Under the pieces are notes generated by a model. The model did not search any database. It saw only the letters and a program-made list of their open reading frames with translations, and was not told the DNA's origin. Position numbers and translations under genes: made by a program. A stretch of DNA of 52,156 bases from Bacillota bacterium (GTDB lineage: Bacteria > Bacillota > Clostridia > Christensenellales > QALW01). The DNA lies in the NCBI GenBank assembly GCA_029007865.1, contig JAQXIQ010000015.1, positions 1 through 52,156 of the forward strand, written 5' to 3'. Shown here in pieces: positions 10,501-17,672 of this stretch; position 1 is the first letter of the stretch; each line of letters begins with the position of its first letter.

Positions 10501-11184
10501 TCCTCCGATATCGAGATGATGAAGGGGGGATACGAGGATATATATTATCAGATGCTGGTTAAGAATATCCGGGCTTACAAGGGACTGGACGCGGGGGCTA
10601 CCGGTTATATAACAAAGAGCATAGATATAAACGGGAGCGTTTCGCAGTGGGACAGCGTAAATGCGGTATTCCGGGATATGGGAGTGACAAATTACGGCAG
10701 AAACTATATCAATGCCGCAGGAACAGGTGTCTATGTCCAGCAGGCGCCCAGAAACAATATTCAGGAGATAAGGGTGACAAAGGACAGCAGCTATATATAT
10801 TTCTATATACGGTGCTCACAGGATATCACGGAGCCGTCCGACGCCAGATGGATGAACATTTTTATCGGAAGAGGGACGCCTTCGTGCAAGGGCTGGAACG
10901 GTTATGAGTATGTGGTAAACCGTATGGTAAACGGCAGCGCTGCCAGTGTGGAGGCGCTGAGCAGCAATTATCTTGGTACGGTCACGGGGCAGGCGGATAT
11001 CAGATGCGAAGGCTGCGTGCTGCAGGTCAGAATCCCACGAAGCGCATTGGGACTGGGACAGCAGGACAACGCGTTTTATTTCAAGGTGGCGGATGATGTG
11101 ACAAATCCGTCGGAGATCATGAACTATTACACAGTGGGCAGTTCGCTGCCGCTGGGCAGGCTGAGCTTCCAGTACAATGACTGA
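7552..11184 (+). CDS. Large secreted or lipid-anchored protein with six FN3-like repeats, a putative TIM-barrel glycoside-hydrolase-like domain and a C-terminal beta-sandwich
   Basis: AGGAGG RBS. The signal peptide carries a possible lipobox (LLAGC). Six ~94-aa repeats follow (..SWSAAAGADAYF(L/V)KRYN..GEWD..YRYHVVAY..). The distal region has YWPWFG..HYWGEPLWGYYHSRDPYVLRRQLELLTNAGVDFLFLDTTN, a pattern I associate with GH99/GH71-like barrels; that family assignment is uncertain. Confidence 0.85.
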   Translation: MKRIIMRFRPVTVLMLVMLLAGCPFADAATESAASRSGEAACGTDSGSGLRVMHLDAQPAAAAQVSRFAAADTASPSAPASVNAVAVSRTGVKISWSAAADADAYFLKRYNSGTGEWDIIAQTTGLEYNDTGLTANTAYRYHVVAYRIEDGLVRFAQPSAEACAVTPQYAYAPDSVSAVPAGRTNITVSWSAAAGADAYFVKRYNAATGEWDIFAQTAGLCTTDTNLIPGTSYRYHVVAYAVIDGIVRFAPVSAEAQAATPQYACAPASVNAYADSPVSVTVSWSAAAGADAYFLKRYNTVTGEWDIIAQTTGYSFTDSNRSPGTDYRYHVVAYAVIDGTVRFAPVSAEASVTTPLYVYAPSEVTASAVSAYAVKIEWNASAGAEGYALKRYNASTGEWDILLQTTLLSYTDMGCAPQSEYRYHVVAYCMADGSVRYAPVSREVTAATPSFGQSPASLEAEAGASRVKLSWQAAPGAQAYAIKRYNEVSGGWDVIAQTAATDYTDKGREALTTYRYTVVPYATSGSQTHYAAAAETSASTPAVSAPESVTAYAAGRNEITLHWDQGDRAEGYVLRRSTSADGGFENVVTTADRVYTDTGLTTGQTYYYEVMAYRYINGEQVLAPALCMAQAAPQGETAAYTAAGYNNDRVVGLDSRGRAFGAINGYKDNRAVGVMYWPWFGTGAPFFDDIYDISVILSQPDGFNKLFYQDTPDSPAGGTHYWGEPLWGYYHSRDPYVLRRQLELLTNAGVDFLFLDTTNAWIYTEAVTDLMRLIDEMQREGWNPPKIVYYTHSHSLDTIRSIYNEVYSRNLYPGTWYRINGKPVIIGYTNVSDDLAEAAVRGDTEYNPAPLSQEILSFFTFRMPQWPDEAYRSDGFPWIEFSYPQPMHGNVMNVSAASNTMPPFSFSLTRGLNNWGRGYNTATGANSYADVFNGRFFQSSWDTVLNSSVQPETVTVNGWNQWVAGKNWYDSEYSFCDVVNMEFSSDIEMMKGGYEDIYYQMLVKNIRAYKGLDAGATGYITKSIDINGSVSQWDSVNAVFRDMGVTNYGRNYINAAGTGVYVQQAPRNNIQEIRVTKDSSYIYFYIRCSQDITEPSDARWMNIFIGRGTPSCKGWNGYEYVVNRMVNGSAASVEALSSNYLGTVTGQADIRCEGCVLQVRIPRSALGLGQQDNAFYFKVADDVTNPSEIMNYYTVGSSLPLGRLSFQYND
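7777..9470 (+). repeat. Six tandem ~280-bp coding repeats (FN3-like modules) inside CDS 7552..11184
   Basis: Protein-level periodicity of about 94 aa. Units 2 and 3 are the most similar to each other (AGADAYF.KRYN..TGEWDI.AQT..YRYHVVAYAVIDG.VRFAPVSAEA). Units 5 and 6 are diverged. Confidence 0.85.
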
Positions 11185-11217
11185 TTAAGCGGACAGGGAC
11201 GGAATTTGCGTTGTGCA

Positions 11218-11249
11218 GCGCCGCGGCAATTATTGCCGCGGCGCGTTTG
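11218..11249 (+). terminator. Rho-independent terminator after the FN3-repeat gene
   Basis: Perfect 12-bp stem GCGCCGCGGCAA / TTGCCGCGGCGC with a 3-nt loop, followed by GTTTGTG. Confidence 0.6.
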
Positions 11250-11294
11250 TGCCGGACGGGCTTGCGGCTGCCGTGCCGATTTGCGGCGGGATGA

Positions 11295-11322
11295 CTGCGC
11301 AGGTTTTTGCCTGCGCGGTTTT
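11295..11322 (+). terminator. Second hairpin plus T-run about 50 nt after the first
   Basis: 9-bp stem CTGCGCAGG / CCTGCGCGG (one G-U pair), loop TTTTTG, followed by TTTT. Confidence 0.55.
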
Positions 11323-11588
11323 AATATCATTGGCGGCGGGGGGTGAATATACTGGAATATACCGCCGTGAAGAATACCGGAGGAACGGGACGCAAAAGAA
11401 AGAAGGACTGCCCGGAAGGAAAAGGGTTTGCGGCAATAAAGCGTTATGCGCGCAGAAGGCCGGGCACTGCCGAAATTTTTGCCGGAATATGACGAGGCAG
11501 GGCATGAGGCTGAAATCCCCCTTGCGCCGCCGTCGGGGATTTGGGGTGCCTGCCTGCGTTTGCGAGCGGCGGCAGAACGGAGAGGAAT

Positions 11589-12098
11589 ATGATTGTCAGA
11601 AACAGAAAGAAAACGGATTTATCGGGCGGGGAGGCTCAAAAAAGCGTGCGGGGCTACGGGCGGGCTGAGGATACGCCCGCTTTAACGGAGCAGCCGGAGC
11701 AGGGCAGGGGGTACGGACTGCTGCGGGTGCAGGCTTTTACCGCAAGGCGCGCGCTGCCGGTGCGGGGCGCAGCCGTTACGGTTGTAAAAAATACCGCCGG
11801 TGTTCCGGAGGTGCTGTACAGCGCGGTGACGGACAGCGCCGGCATGACGCCCGTGATGGTGCTTGCGGGAATACCGCAAAGCGCTGCAATGAGCCCGAAT
11901 GACGGGTTTGCGGATATTGCAAAGCGGTACAGCTACGATATTTTTGTGATGCATCCGGACTTTGTACCCATGCACTTTATCAATGTGCCGGTATTTGAGG
12001 GAGTGACCTCCGTGCAGAACGTCGATATGATACCCGGAAATCCGGGGGCGGAACCGGAGCGGATGATAACGGTAAACGAAAGGACAAATAACCTGTAA
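11589..12098 (+). CDS. Hypothetical protein, possibly with a CarboxypepD_reg-like beta-sandwich, probably co-transcribed with the next gene
   Basis: ATG at 11589 follows GGAGAGG. Translation gives MIVRNRKK..GLLRVQAFTARRALPVRGAAVTVVKN... The longer track ORF starting at 11541 has no RBS. The function call is weak. Confidence 0.55.
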   Translation: MIVRNRKKTDLSGGEAQKSVRGYGRAEDTPALTEQPEQGRGYGLLRVQAFTARRALPVRGAAVTVVKNTAGVPEVLYSAVTDSAGMTPVMVLAGIPQSAAMSPNDGFADIAKRYSYDIFVMHPDFVPMHFINVPVFEGVTSVQNVDMIPGNPGAEPERMITVNERTNNL

Positions 12099-12132
12099 AT
12101 CGGGTATTGCCTGCAGCATAAAAGAAGGGGGA

Positions 12133-13494
12133 ATGATACCGATGGAATACGGATATCCGGTGATTCCGGAAAACATAACGGTGCATCTCGGGGCGCCGGA
12201 TGCGCCGGCGCCCAATGTGACGGTGCCGTTTACCGATTATATTAAAAATGTGGCGTCAAGCGAGATATATCCTACCTGGCCGGAGAATGCCATACGGGCC
12301 AATATATACGCGCAGATAAGCTATGCTCTCAACAGGGTATATACCGAGTTTTACAGGTCGCGGGGGTATGATTTTGACATAACAAATTCCACCCGCTATG
12401 ACCAGGCGTATGTGCATGACAGAGAGGTTTTTGATAATATAAGCAGAACGGTGGACGATATTTTTAACAGCTATGTCACCAAACAGGGCAGTATAGCGCC
12501 GTTTTTTACTCAGTATTGCAGCGGCACGACGGTGACCTGTCCGGGGCTGTCGCAGTGGGGTACCGTTGCGCTTGCGGAAAGCGGATATTCGCCGTTTGAT
12601 ATACTGCAGCATTATTACGGCCCGGATATAAGCCTGGTTTCCGGAGCGCCGGTGGCAAACGCGCCGGAATCGTACCCGGGGTATGCGCTGAGACCGGGGT
12701 CTGCCGGGAACAGCGTAAAGTATATACAGTCCATGCTGGGCAGAATACGCCGCAATTATCCCTCCGTTCCGGCAATCGGCGACCCGGAAGGATATTATCT
12801 GGCGGACACCGAAGCGGCGGTCAGGGAATTCCAGAAGATATTTTCCCTTGAGCAGGACGGCATAGTGGGGAAAGCGACATGGTATAAGCTGATACAGGTG
12901 TTTAACGCCGTCAAGGGGCTCGGCGAGCTTACCGCCGAGGCGCTGACTTACGGAGAGGTACAGCCGGTGTTTCCGACGGTGCTGCGGCGGGGCGATTCCG
13001 GCGCCGACATAAAAGCATTGCAGTATTACCTGGACGTCATAGCCTATTTCGTGCAGGGAATACCCACAGTGGCCATTGACGGCATATTCGGGCCGGCTAC
13101 GGAGCAGGCCGTAACGGCGTTTCAGGAGGCGTACGGCCTTGCGCCGGACGGGATAGTGGGCAACCGCACATGGGGCGCCATACAGCGGGTATACCGCGAC
13201 ATCAGATATTCGCTGGGGGAGAGCGTTTATCAGGGCAAGGCGGCGGTATATCCGGGATATTATCTGTCGCAGGGTATGACGGGGCAGGATGTTGCGCAGC
13301 TGCAGACATATCTTTCGGCCATAGCCGGGGCATACCCGTGGGCGGTGGAGATACCCGTAACGGGAAACTTCGGAGAGCTGACCAGGCAGGCCGTAACCGC
13401 GGTGCAGCGCAATGCGGGGCTTGCGCCAAACGGCGTAGTGGGGGTGCTTACCTGGAATGAGATTGCAAAGCTGTACGACGGGCTTGCGGGCTGA
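12133..13494 (+). CDS. Peptidoglycan-binding protein with an N-terminal SpoIID/LytB-like region and three PG_binding_1 repeats (sporulation or cortex related)
   Basis: The N-terminus YIKNVASSEIYPTWPENAIRANIYAQISYALNRV..FDITNSTRYDQAY resembles SpoIID. Three repeats of the type G..G..V..LQ..L......DG(I/V)(F/V)G..T are present. The ATG at 12142 is an alternative start. Confidence 0.8.
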   Translation: MIPMEYGYPVIPENITVHLGAPDAPAPNVTVPFTDYIKNVASSEIYPTWPENAIRANIYAQISYALNRVYTEFYRSRGYDFDITNSTRYDQAYVHDREVFDNISRTVDDIFNSYVTKQGSIAPFFTQYCSGTTVTCPGLSQWGTVALAESGYSPFDILQHYYGPDISLVSGAPVANAPESYPGYALRPGSAGNSVKYIQSMLGRIRRNYPSVPAIGDPEGYYLADTEAAVREFQKIFSLEQDGIVGKATWYKLIQVFNAVKGLGELTAEALTYGEVQPVFPTVLRRGDSGADIKALQYYLDVIAYFVQGIPTVAIDGIFGPATEQAVTAFQEAYGLAPDGIVGNRTWGAIQRVYRDIRYSLGESVYQGKAAVYPGYYLSQGMTGQDVAQLQTYLSAIAGAYPWAVEIPVTGNFGELTRQAVTAVQRNAGLAPNGVVGVLTWNEIAKLYDGLAG

Positions 13495-13551
13495 ACTCCG
13501 CGGCGCGGCAAGACCGAGGCCTAGCGGCTGTCCGGGAACGGGACGGAAAGG

Positions 13552-14430
13552 TCAGTATTTGCGGATAATAAGCTGTATTTCCGTTTCCGCGTAATCGGCG
13601 TTCTCGGCGCCGAAGATGTCACGGAGCAGCAGCGCGTCGCATTTTAAGGAGCGCATGAGCTCATAAAGGCTTTGCAAAAGCCCGTCCCGGAATGCGTCGG
13701 CCGAACCGGGAGAGAGCAGGCGGACCGACAGCTCCAGCGTTATCCTGCGGCGATGCGCGTCCAGGCGGCGCACGGCTTCAAACTGGACGCTTACGCCGGC
13801 CGCGGTCAGGGAGCCGGAGCTGCGGGGGTAAAACAGCAGAGCCCACAGCACGGTTTGCTCGCGGCTCAGTCTTTGCAGGAATACTCCGTCCTGCAGTATT
13901 ACCGCTCCGTCCATATAGAGGCCGCCGCGCAGGGTGATATAGGGCAGTACCAGCGGGGAGCCGCTGTACAGCGAGTCCAGACACTCCGGCAGAGAAACGC
14001 GGGGCATAAGGGTGTCGGAGGAGGCGCTTTGCAGCAGCTCCGGCAGGGTTGGGTCGTCCATGAGGTCTTCCGCTCTGTCCGAGGCGCACAGCAGTATATC
14101 GCCGGAGGGAAGCGACCATTGCAGAAAGGGATACAGCGCGTCCTTCACGCCGTTTTCCAGCGCGCCCTGTCCAAGGGCTATGGCGCCCAGCATGGAATAG
14201 TTTACCGCTTCAAAGCTGTAGCCTGCCTTTTCCGCTCCTGCCTGGGCAACGGTGGAGCCGCTTGCTTTAAGGGTGCGGTAGGAGAGCTGTTCTCCGTCGA
14301 ATATGCAGTACAGGCCGCTTTGAGTGTAGTATTTTCCGGCGCTGTCATAGTCCACGCCTATGGCTATGGGGTGGGCGCTTTTTTCTATGGGATAGGCGGC
14401 ACATGAACACAGAAAAACCGTGCAAAGCAT
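13552..14430 (-). CDS. Ger(x)C-family spore germination lipoprotein (third gene of the gerA-type operon)
   Basis: Position is downstream of the GerAA and GerAB homologs. The N-terminus ..FLCSC is a lipobox. The coordinate given is the first ATG. The in-frame upstream codons plus an AGGAGG suggest a real start at ATA 14466 (see findings). Confidence 0.8.
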   Translation of the reverse strand: MLCTVFLCSCAAYPIEKSAHPIAIGVDYDSAGKYYTQSGLYCIFDGEQLSYRTLKASGSTVAQAGAEKAGYSFEAVNYSMLGAIALGQGALENGVKDALYPFLQWSLPSGDILLCASDRAEDLMDDPTLPELLQSASSDTLMPRVSLPECLDSLYSGSPLVLPYITLRGGLYMDGAVILQDGVFLQRLSREQTVLWALLFYPRSSGSLTAAGVSVQFEAVRRLDAHRRRITLELSVRLLSPGSADAFRDGLLQSLYELMRSLKCDALLLRDIFGAENADYAETEIQLIIRKY

Positions 14431-14514
14431 ACATAATGCGGCTTTAAGCGCGTTTTTGATTTTTATGGTGAATACCTCCTTTAAGCCGGCGCCTGCGCCT
14501 GTTTCTGCGGCGCA

Positions 14515-15405
14515 TTACAGCAGTGCGGTTATTATTCCGCGCATACACAGGGACAGCGCGAATATTGCCGCGCAAAGCACGGGACGGAGCCATTTACCGT
14601 CCGTAAGACGGCGAGCCGTGAGCAGGGCGGAATTTGCCAGGTTTACCGCAGGCTTCAGCAGGGTAAGAGAAAAGGCGAGACTGGCAAGCAGCACGCGCAG
14701 GGAAAGCAGAGCGGTGCCGCTTTTGAGAGTGATAAGCACGGCGTAGCTGCCCTGCGCGGCGGCCGCCGGGCCCAGCACCGATATACATGCCGCGGTAATA
14801 CCGGCTTGCAGCAGGCAGGCAAGGCATACGGCAAGGGAAAGCGGACGCTTGTCTGCGCCCTGCGCCGCGAGTGCCGGTACGGTTGCCATGCCGGCGAAAA
14901 ACGGCAGTATTGCCGCAAAGGCGGCGGCGGAACCGTTTAGCCGGGGAGCAAGGCGTTCCGCTCTTGCGCCGGAGAGCCCCAGCGGCAGGAGCAGAAGCAG
15001 TATTGCAAGAAAGATAAAAAACATCAGATTAAGGCCGTTTACCGTATGCCTTGAGGCTATGCAGAGGTACAGCACGGCGCACAGCGCGGCCAAAAGCAGC
15101 AGCGGGTTTACTCCGGGCAGCATAAGCTCCATACATAGCGCCGAAGCAAGGCTAAGCGAGCAGGCGGCAAGAAAAGCGCAGATAAGCGCATAGACGGCGC
15201 GCACCGCGGAGGCCGCGGCCTGCGGAGCCCTTAGCAGGGAAATATGATAAAGAAAGAGAAAGGCGTACATAAGCACCGGCAATGCAAGCAGGGGGATAAG
15301 ATAACCTCCGGAGCCGGCGCGCGCGGCCGCGGCGGGCAGCAGGAATATCCCGCTGCCGGTAAGCGTGTTGAGCAGTGATAAAAATCCGGCTTTGTTTTCC
15401 GTCAT
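14515..15405 (-). CDS. Spore germination protein, GerAB/GerKB-type permease-like membrane subunit
   Basis: AGGAGG lies 8 nt upstream. The protein is polytopic and hydrophobic throughout (MTENKAGFLSLLNTLTGSGIFLLP..). At 296 aa it is shorter than the ~360-aa GerAB I recall. Confidence 0.8.
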   Translation of the reverse strand: MTENKAGFLSLLNTLTGSGIFLLPAAAARAGSGGYLIPLLALPVLMYAFLFLYHISLLRAPQAAASAVRAVYALICAFLAACSLSLASALCMELMLPGVNPLLLLAALCAVLYLCIASRHTVNGLNLMFFIFLAILLLLLPLGLSGARAERLAPRLNGSAAAFAAILPFFAGMATVPALAAQGADKRPLSLAVCLACLLQAGITAACISVLGPAAAAQGSYAVLITLKSGTALLSLRVLLASLAFSLTLLKPAVNLANSALLTARRLTDGKWLRPVLCAAIFALSLCMRGIITALL

Positions 15406-15474
15406 GGCAGGGACCTCCTTTTGCGGTATTGCGGCGCGCTCCGCCTGTTGCCCGGGCGGAATGCGCGGCTGTTT

Positions 15475-16872
15475 TTATTTGGCGCCGGAGCTTTTGAAAA
15501 GCTCTGCTGCGGTTATAAAGCCGCGCTGTTTTGCAAGCGGTATATACGGCCTTGAGCCTGAGGTCAGGGACAATATCCGGGCAAGCACCGCGGTAACGGC
15601 CAGCCCCGTGCCGGGCAGGCCGAAGGCGGCGGAGAGCAGCAGCACAAACAGGCTCACCGGCCCAAGCGCCGTGCTGAGAGGATAGTTGGGCACGGCGTAG
15701 CCGCTCACGGCGGAGGTTATTACCACCAAAAGGGTAAGCTCGCTGGCGATATTGGCGTTTACCAGCGCCTGTCCAAGCACTATGGAGCCGAATATGCCTA
15801 TGGTTCCGCCCACGGTGGTGGGCAGGGCTATGCCCACCTGAAATATCAGAGCCACCAGAAGCCAGGTAACCAGAACCTCGGGCAGCAGCGGCAGAGCGGC
15901 CAGGCTTTCCGATTCAATAACAAGGGCCGTCATCTCCGCGGGAAGGACGGCGCGGTGAAAATTGAGCAGAGCGACATATAGCCCGGGCAGTGTAATGCAA
16001 AGCAATGCGCCGATATAACGCAGGAGCTTGGACATTTTGCCCAGCGGAGGCGATATTGCGGCGTCGTTTGGTGATTCAAAGAGTTCGCTTAAGGATACGG
16101 GCAGGCAAACGGCGGCGGGCTGGCCGTCCATGAGCAGCACAAGACTGCCTTTGGACAAAAGCGAGCAGGCCGTGTCGGGGCGTTCGGTTATTTTTTGCGT
16201 GGGGAATACCGACCTTGGCCCAAGGACCGGGAGTATATCGCCCACAGTAAGAAACAGCTTGCCGTCAAGACGCTTAAGCGCCTTTTCCAGCCGGAGCACG
16301 GAGCCGTCCTCTTGTCCGCGCATATAGAGAATAAAGCATTTGGCTTTGCCGCTGCCTACGAATACCGTTTTAGCACACAGGCTTTCGGAGCGTATGCGCT
16401 TGCGGATAAGCCCCAGATTATCCACTACCGATTCGGTAAAGCCGTCCCGCGCGCCCAGAATGGTCTTATCAAGGCTGGGCTCCTCGGTCGAGCGCGAGGG
16501 CAGGGAGCGGATATCGACGGACAGACAGCCTGCGACGCCGTCTATGAACAGCAGAGTCATACCTCCGGAGAGCTGCGAAGCGCATTCCGAAAGGCTGTTA
16601 AGAGCGGTTATCTGTCCGCCCGAGGTGGCGCTTTTGCGCGCAAGGGAGAGAGTGTCGGTGCGGACGGCCAGCTGCATCAGGCGAGCAAGCACATTTTCCT
16701 CAAGCAGCTGCTGAGACACGGTGGATTCCAGAAACACCACGGCGCACTCGGTTTCTCCGCTGAAAACGCGCCTGACCTTGCAGTCGCCGTTAAGGCTCAT
16801 ATATCGGTCTAAAAATGCAAGATTTTTGTTAAGGTTTTTTGAGAAATTCAGACCTGACAGCTCCTTTTGCAC
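15475..16872 (-). CDS. Spore germination protein, GerAA/GerKA-type subunit
   Basis: GerA-family features are present: ..LTEPS-like SLPSRSTEEPSLDKTILGARDGFTE, RKRIR, and a C-terminal membrane block (PLLPEVLVTWLLVALIFQ..GGTIGIFGSIVLGQA). The GTG start has no obvious RBS, so the start is uncertain. Confidence 0.85.
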   Translation of the reverse strand: MQKELSGLNFSKNLNKNLAFLDRYMSLNGDCKVRRVFSGETECAVVFLESTVSQQLLEENVLARLMQLAVRTDTLSLARKSATSGGQITALNSLSECASQLSGGMTLLFIDGVAGCLSVDIRSLPSRSTEEPSLDKTILGARDGFTESVVDNLGLIRKRIRSESLCAKTVFVGSGKAKCFILYMRGQEDGSVLRLEKALKRLDGKLFLTVGDILPVLGPRSVFPTQKITERPDTACSLLSKGSLVLLMDGQPAAVCLPVSLSELFESPNDAAISPPLGKMSKLLRYIGALLCITLPGLYVALLNFHRAVLPAEMTALVIESESLAALPLLPEVLVTWLLVALIFQVGIALPTTVGGTIGIFGSIVLGQALVNANIASELTLLVVITSAVSGYAVPNYPLSTALGPVSLFVLLLSAAFGLPGTGLAVTAVLARILSLTSGSRPYIPLAKQRGFITAAELFKSSGAK

Positions 16873-17097
16873 TATTTTGTGACATGGCGCGGTTCATTAT
16901 TGCTGCCGGGATGCGGCGGCACGCCGATTCAGACGGTGCGGCGGCGCACGGACACCGGCTTTGCATGGCGCAATTCGCACGGCGCGCAGAGATGTTCCGT
17001 CAAAAGAGTATTGCTCCGCCCGGGTTTTTTATACATCCGCCGTTATTGCGGAAAAGTTAATTTTGTGTGAACAAGCGGTATTTGCCCGAAAATTTCA

Positions 17098-17125
17098 TTG
17101 ACATATATCCTATAGCCGCTATAAT
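17098..17125 (+). promoter_or_regulatory. Sigma-A-type promoter of the marR-ABC operon
   Basis: TTGACA (17098-17103), 16-nt spacer, TATAAT (17120-17125). Confidence 0.6.
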
Positions 17126-17126
17126 A

Positions 17127-17142
17127 TGTTAGCAAGCTAACA
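17127..17142. promoter_or_regulatory. Perfect palindromic operator candidate (MarR autoregulation site)
   Basis: TGTTAGC-AA-GCTAACA lies immediately downstream of the -10 box and 17 nt upstream of the marR GTG start. Confidence 0.55.
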
Positions 17143-17158
17143 GATTGGAGGGCTGATT

Positions 17159-17650
17159 GTGGACAGGAGAGAGGAGACCATAGGTTTCCGCGTCAGAAGG
17201 CTGTCAAACATGATACGGCGGACAATGGATGAATCCTCAACAAAAAAGTATGCCGATGAGATGACCGGGGTGCACGGATGGGTACTGGGGTATTTGTTCA
17301 AGCACGAAGCCGAGGGTCGGGAGGTGTACCAGCGCGACATGGAGCAGGATTTCGGTATAAGGCGTTCCACCGTTACAAAGCTGCTGCAGCTTATGGAGAG
17401 AAACGGACTTATTGTGAGACTCAGCGTGCAGCAGGACGCAAGGCTGAAGCGGCTGGTGCTTACGCAGCGCGGCAAGGAGCTGCATCTGTCCGTTGTACGG
17501 GACATTGAAGATATGGAGAGAAGAATGAAAAGAAATATTTCGCAGCAGGAGCTGGATGCGTTTTTTGCCACCATGGACAAGATAATGTACAATCTGGACG
17601 GGGACGGAGAGGCTGGGCCCGAAAACGGCGGCAAACTGCGGAAAAATTAG
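17159..17650 (+). CDS. MarR family transcriptional regulator
   Basis: GTG start with GGAGGG upstream. A winged-helix core is present: QRDMEQDFGIRRSTVTKLLQLMERNGLIVR..DARLKRLVLTQRGKEL. Confidence 0.9.
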   Translation: MDRREETIGFRVRRLSNMIRRTMDESSTKKYADEMTGVHGWVLGYLFKHEAEGREVYQRDMEQDFGIRRSTVTKLLQLMERNGLIVRLSVQQDARLKRLVLTQRGKELHLSVVRDIEDMERRMKRNISQQELDAFFATMDKIMYNLDGDGEAGPENGGKLRKN

Positions 17651-17672
17651 GGAAGGAAGATGGAACAGAAGT

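Noticed and set aside
14515-15405. The GerAB-type gene is short (296 aa), raising the possibility of a pseudogene.
   Set aside because: The ORF is intact with a strong RBS, it fills the space between its neighbours, and no frameshifted remnant is visible. It is treated as a genuine shorter variant.
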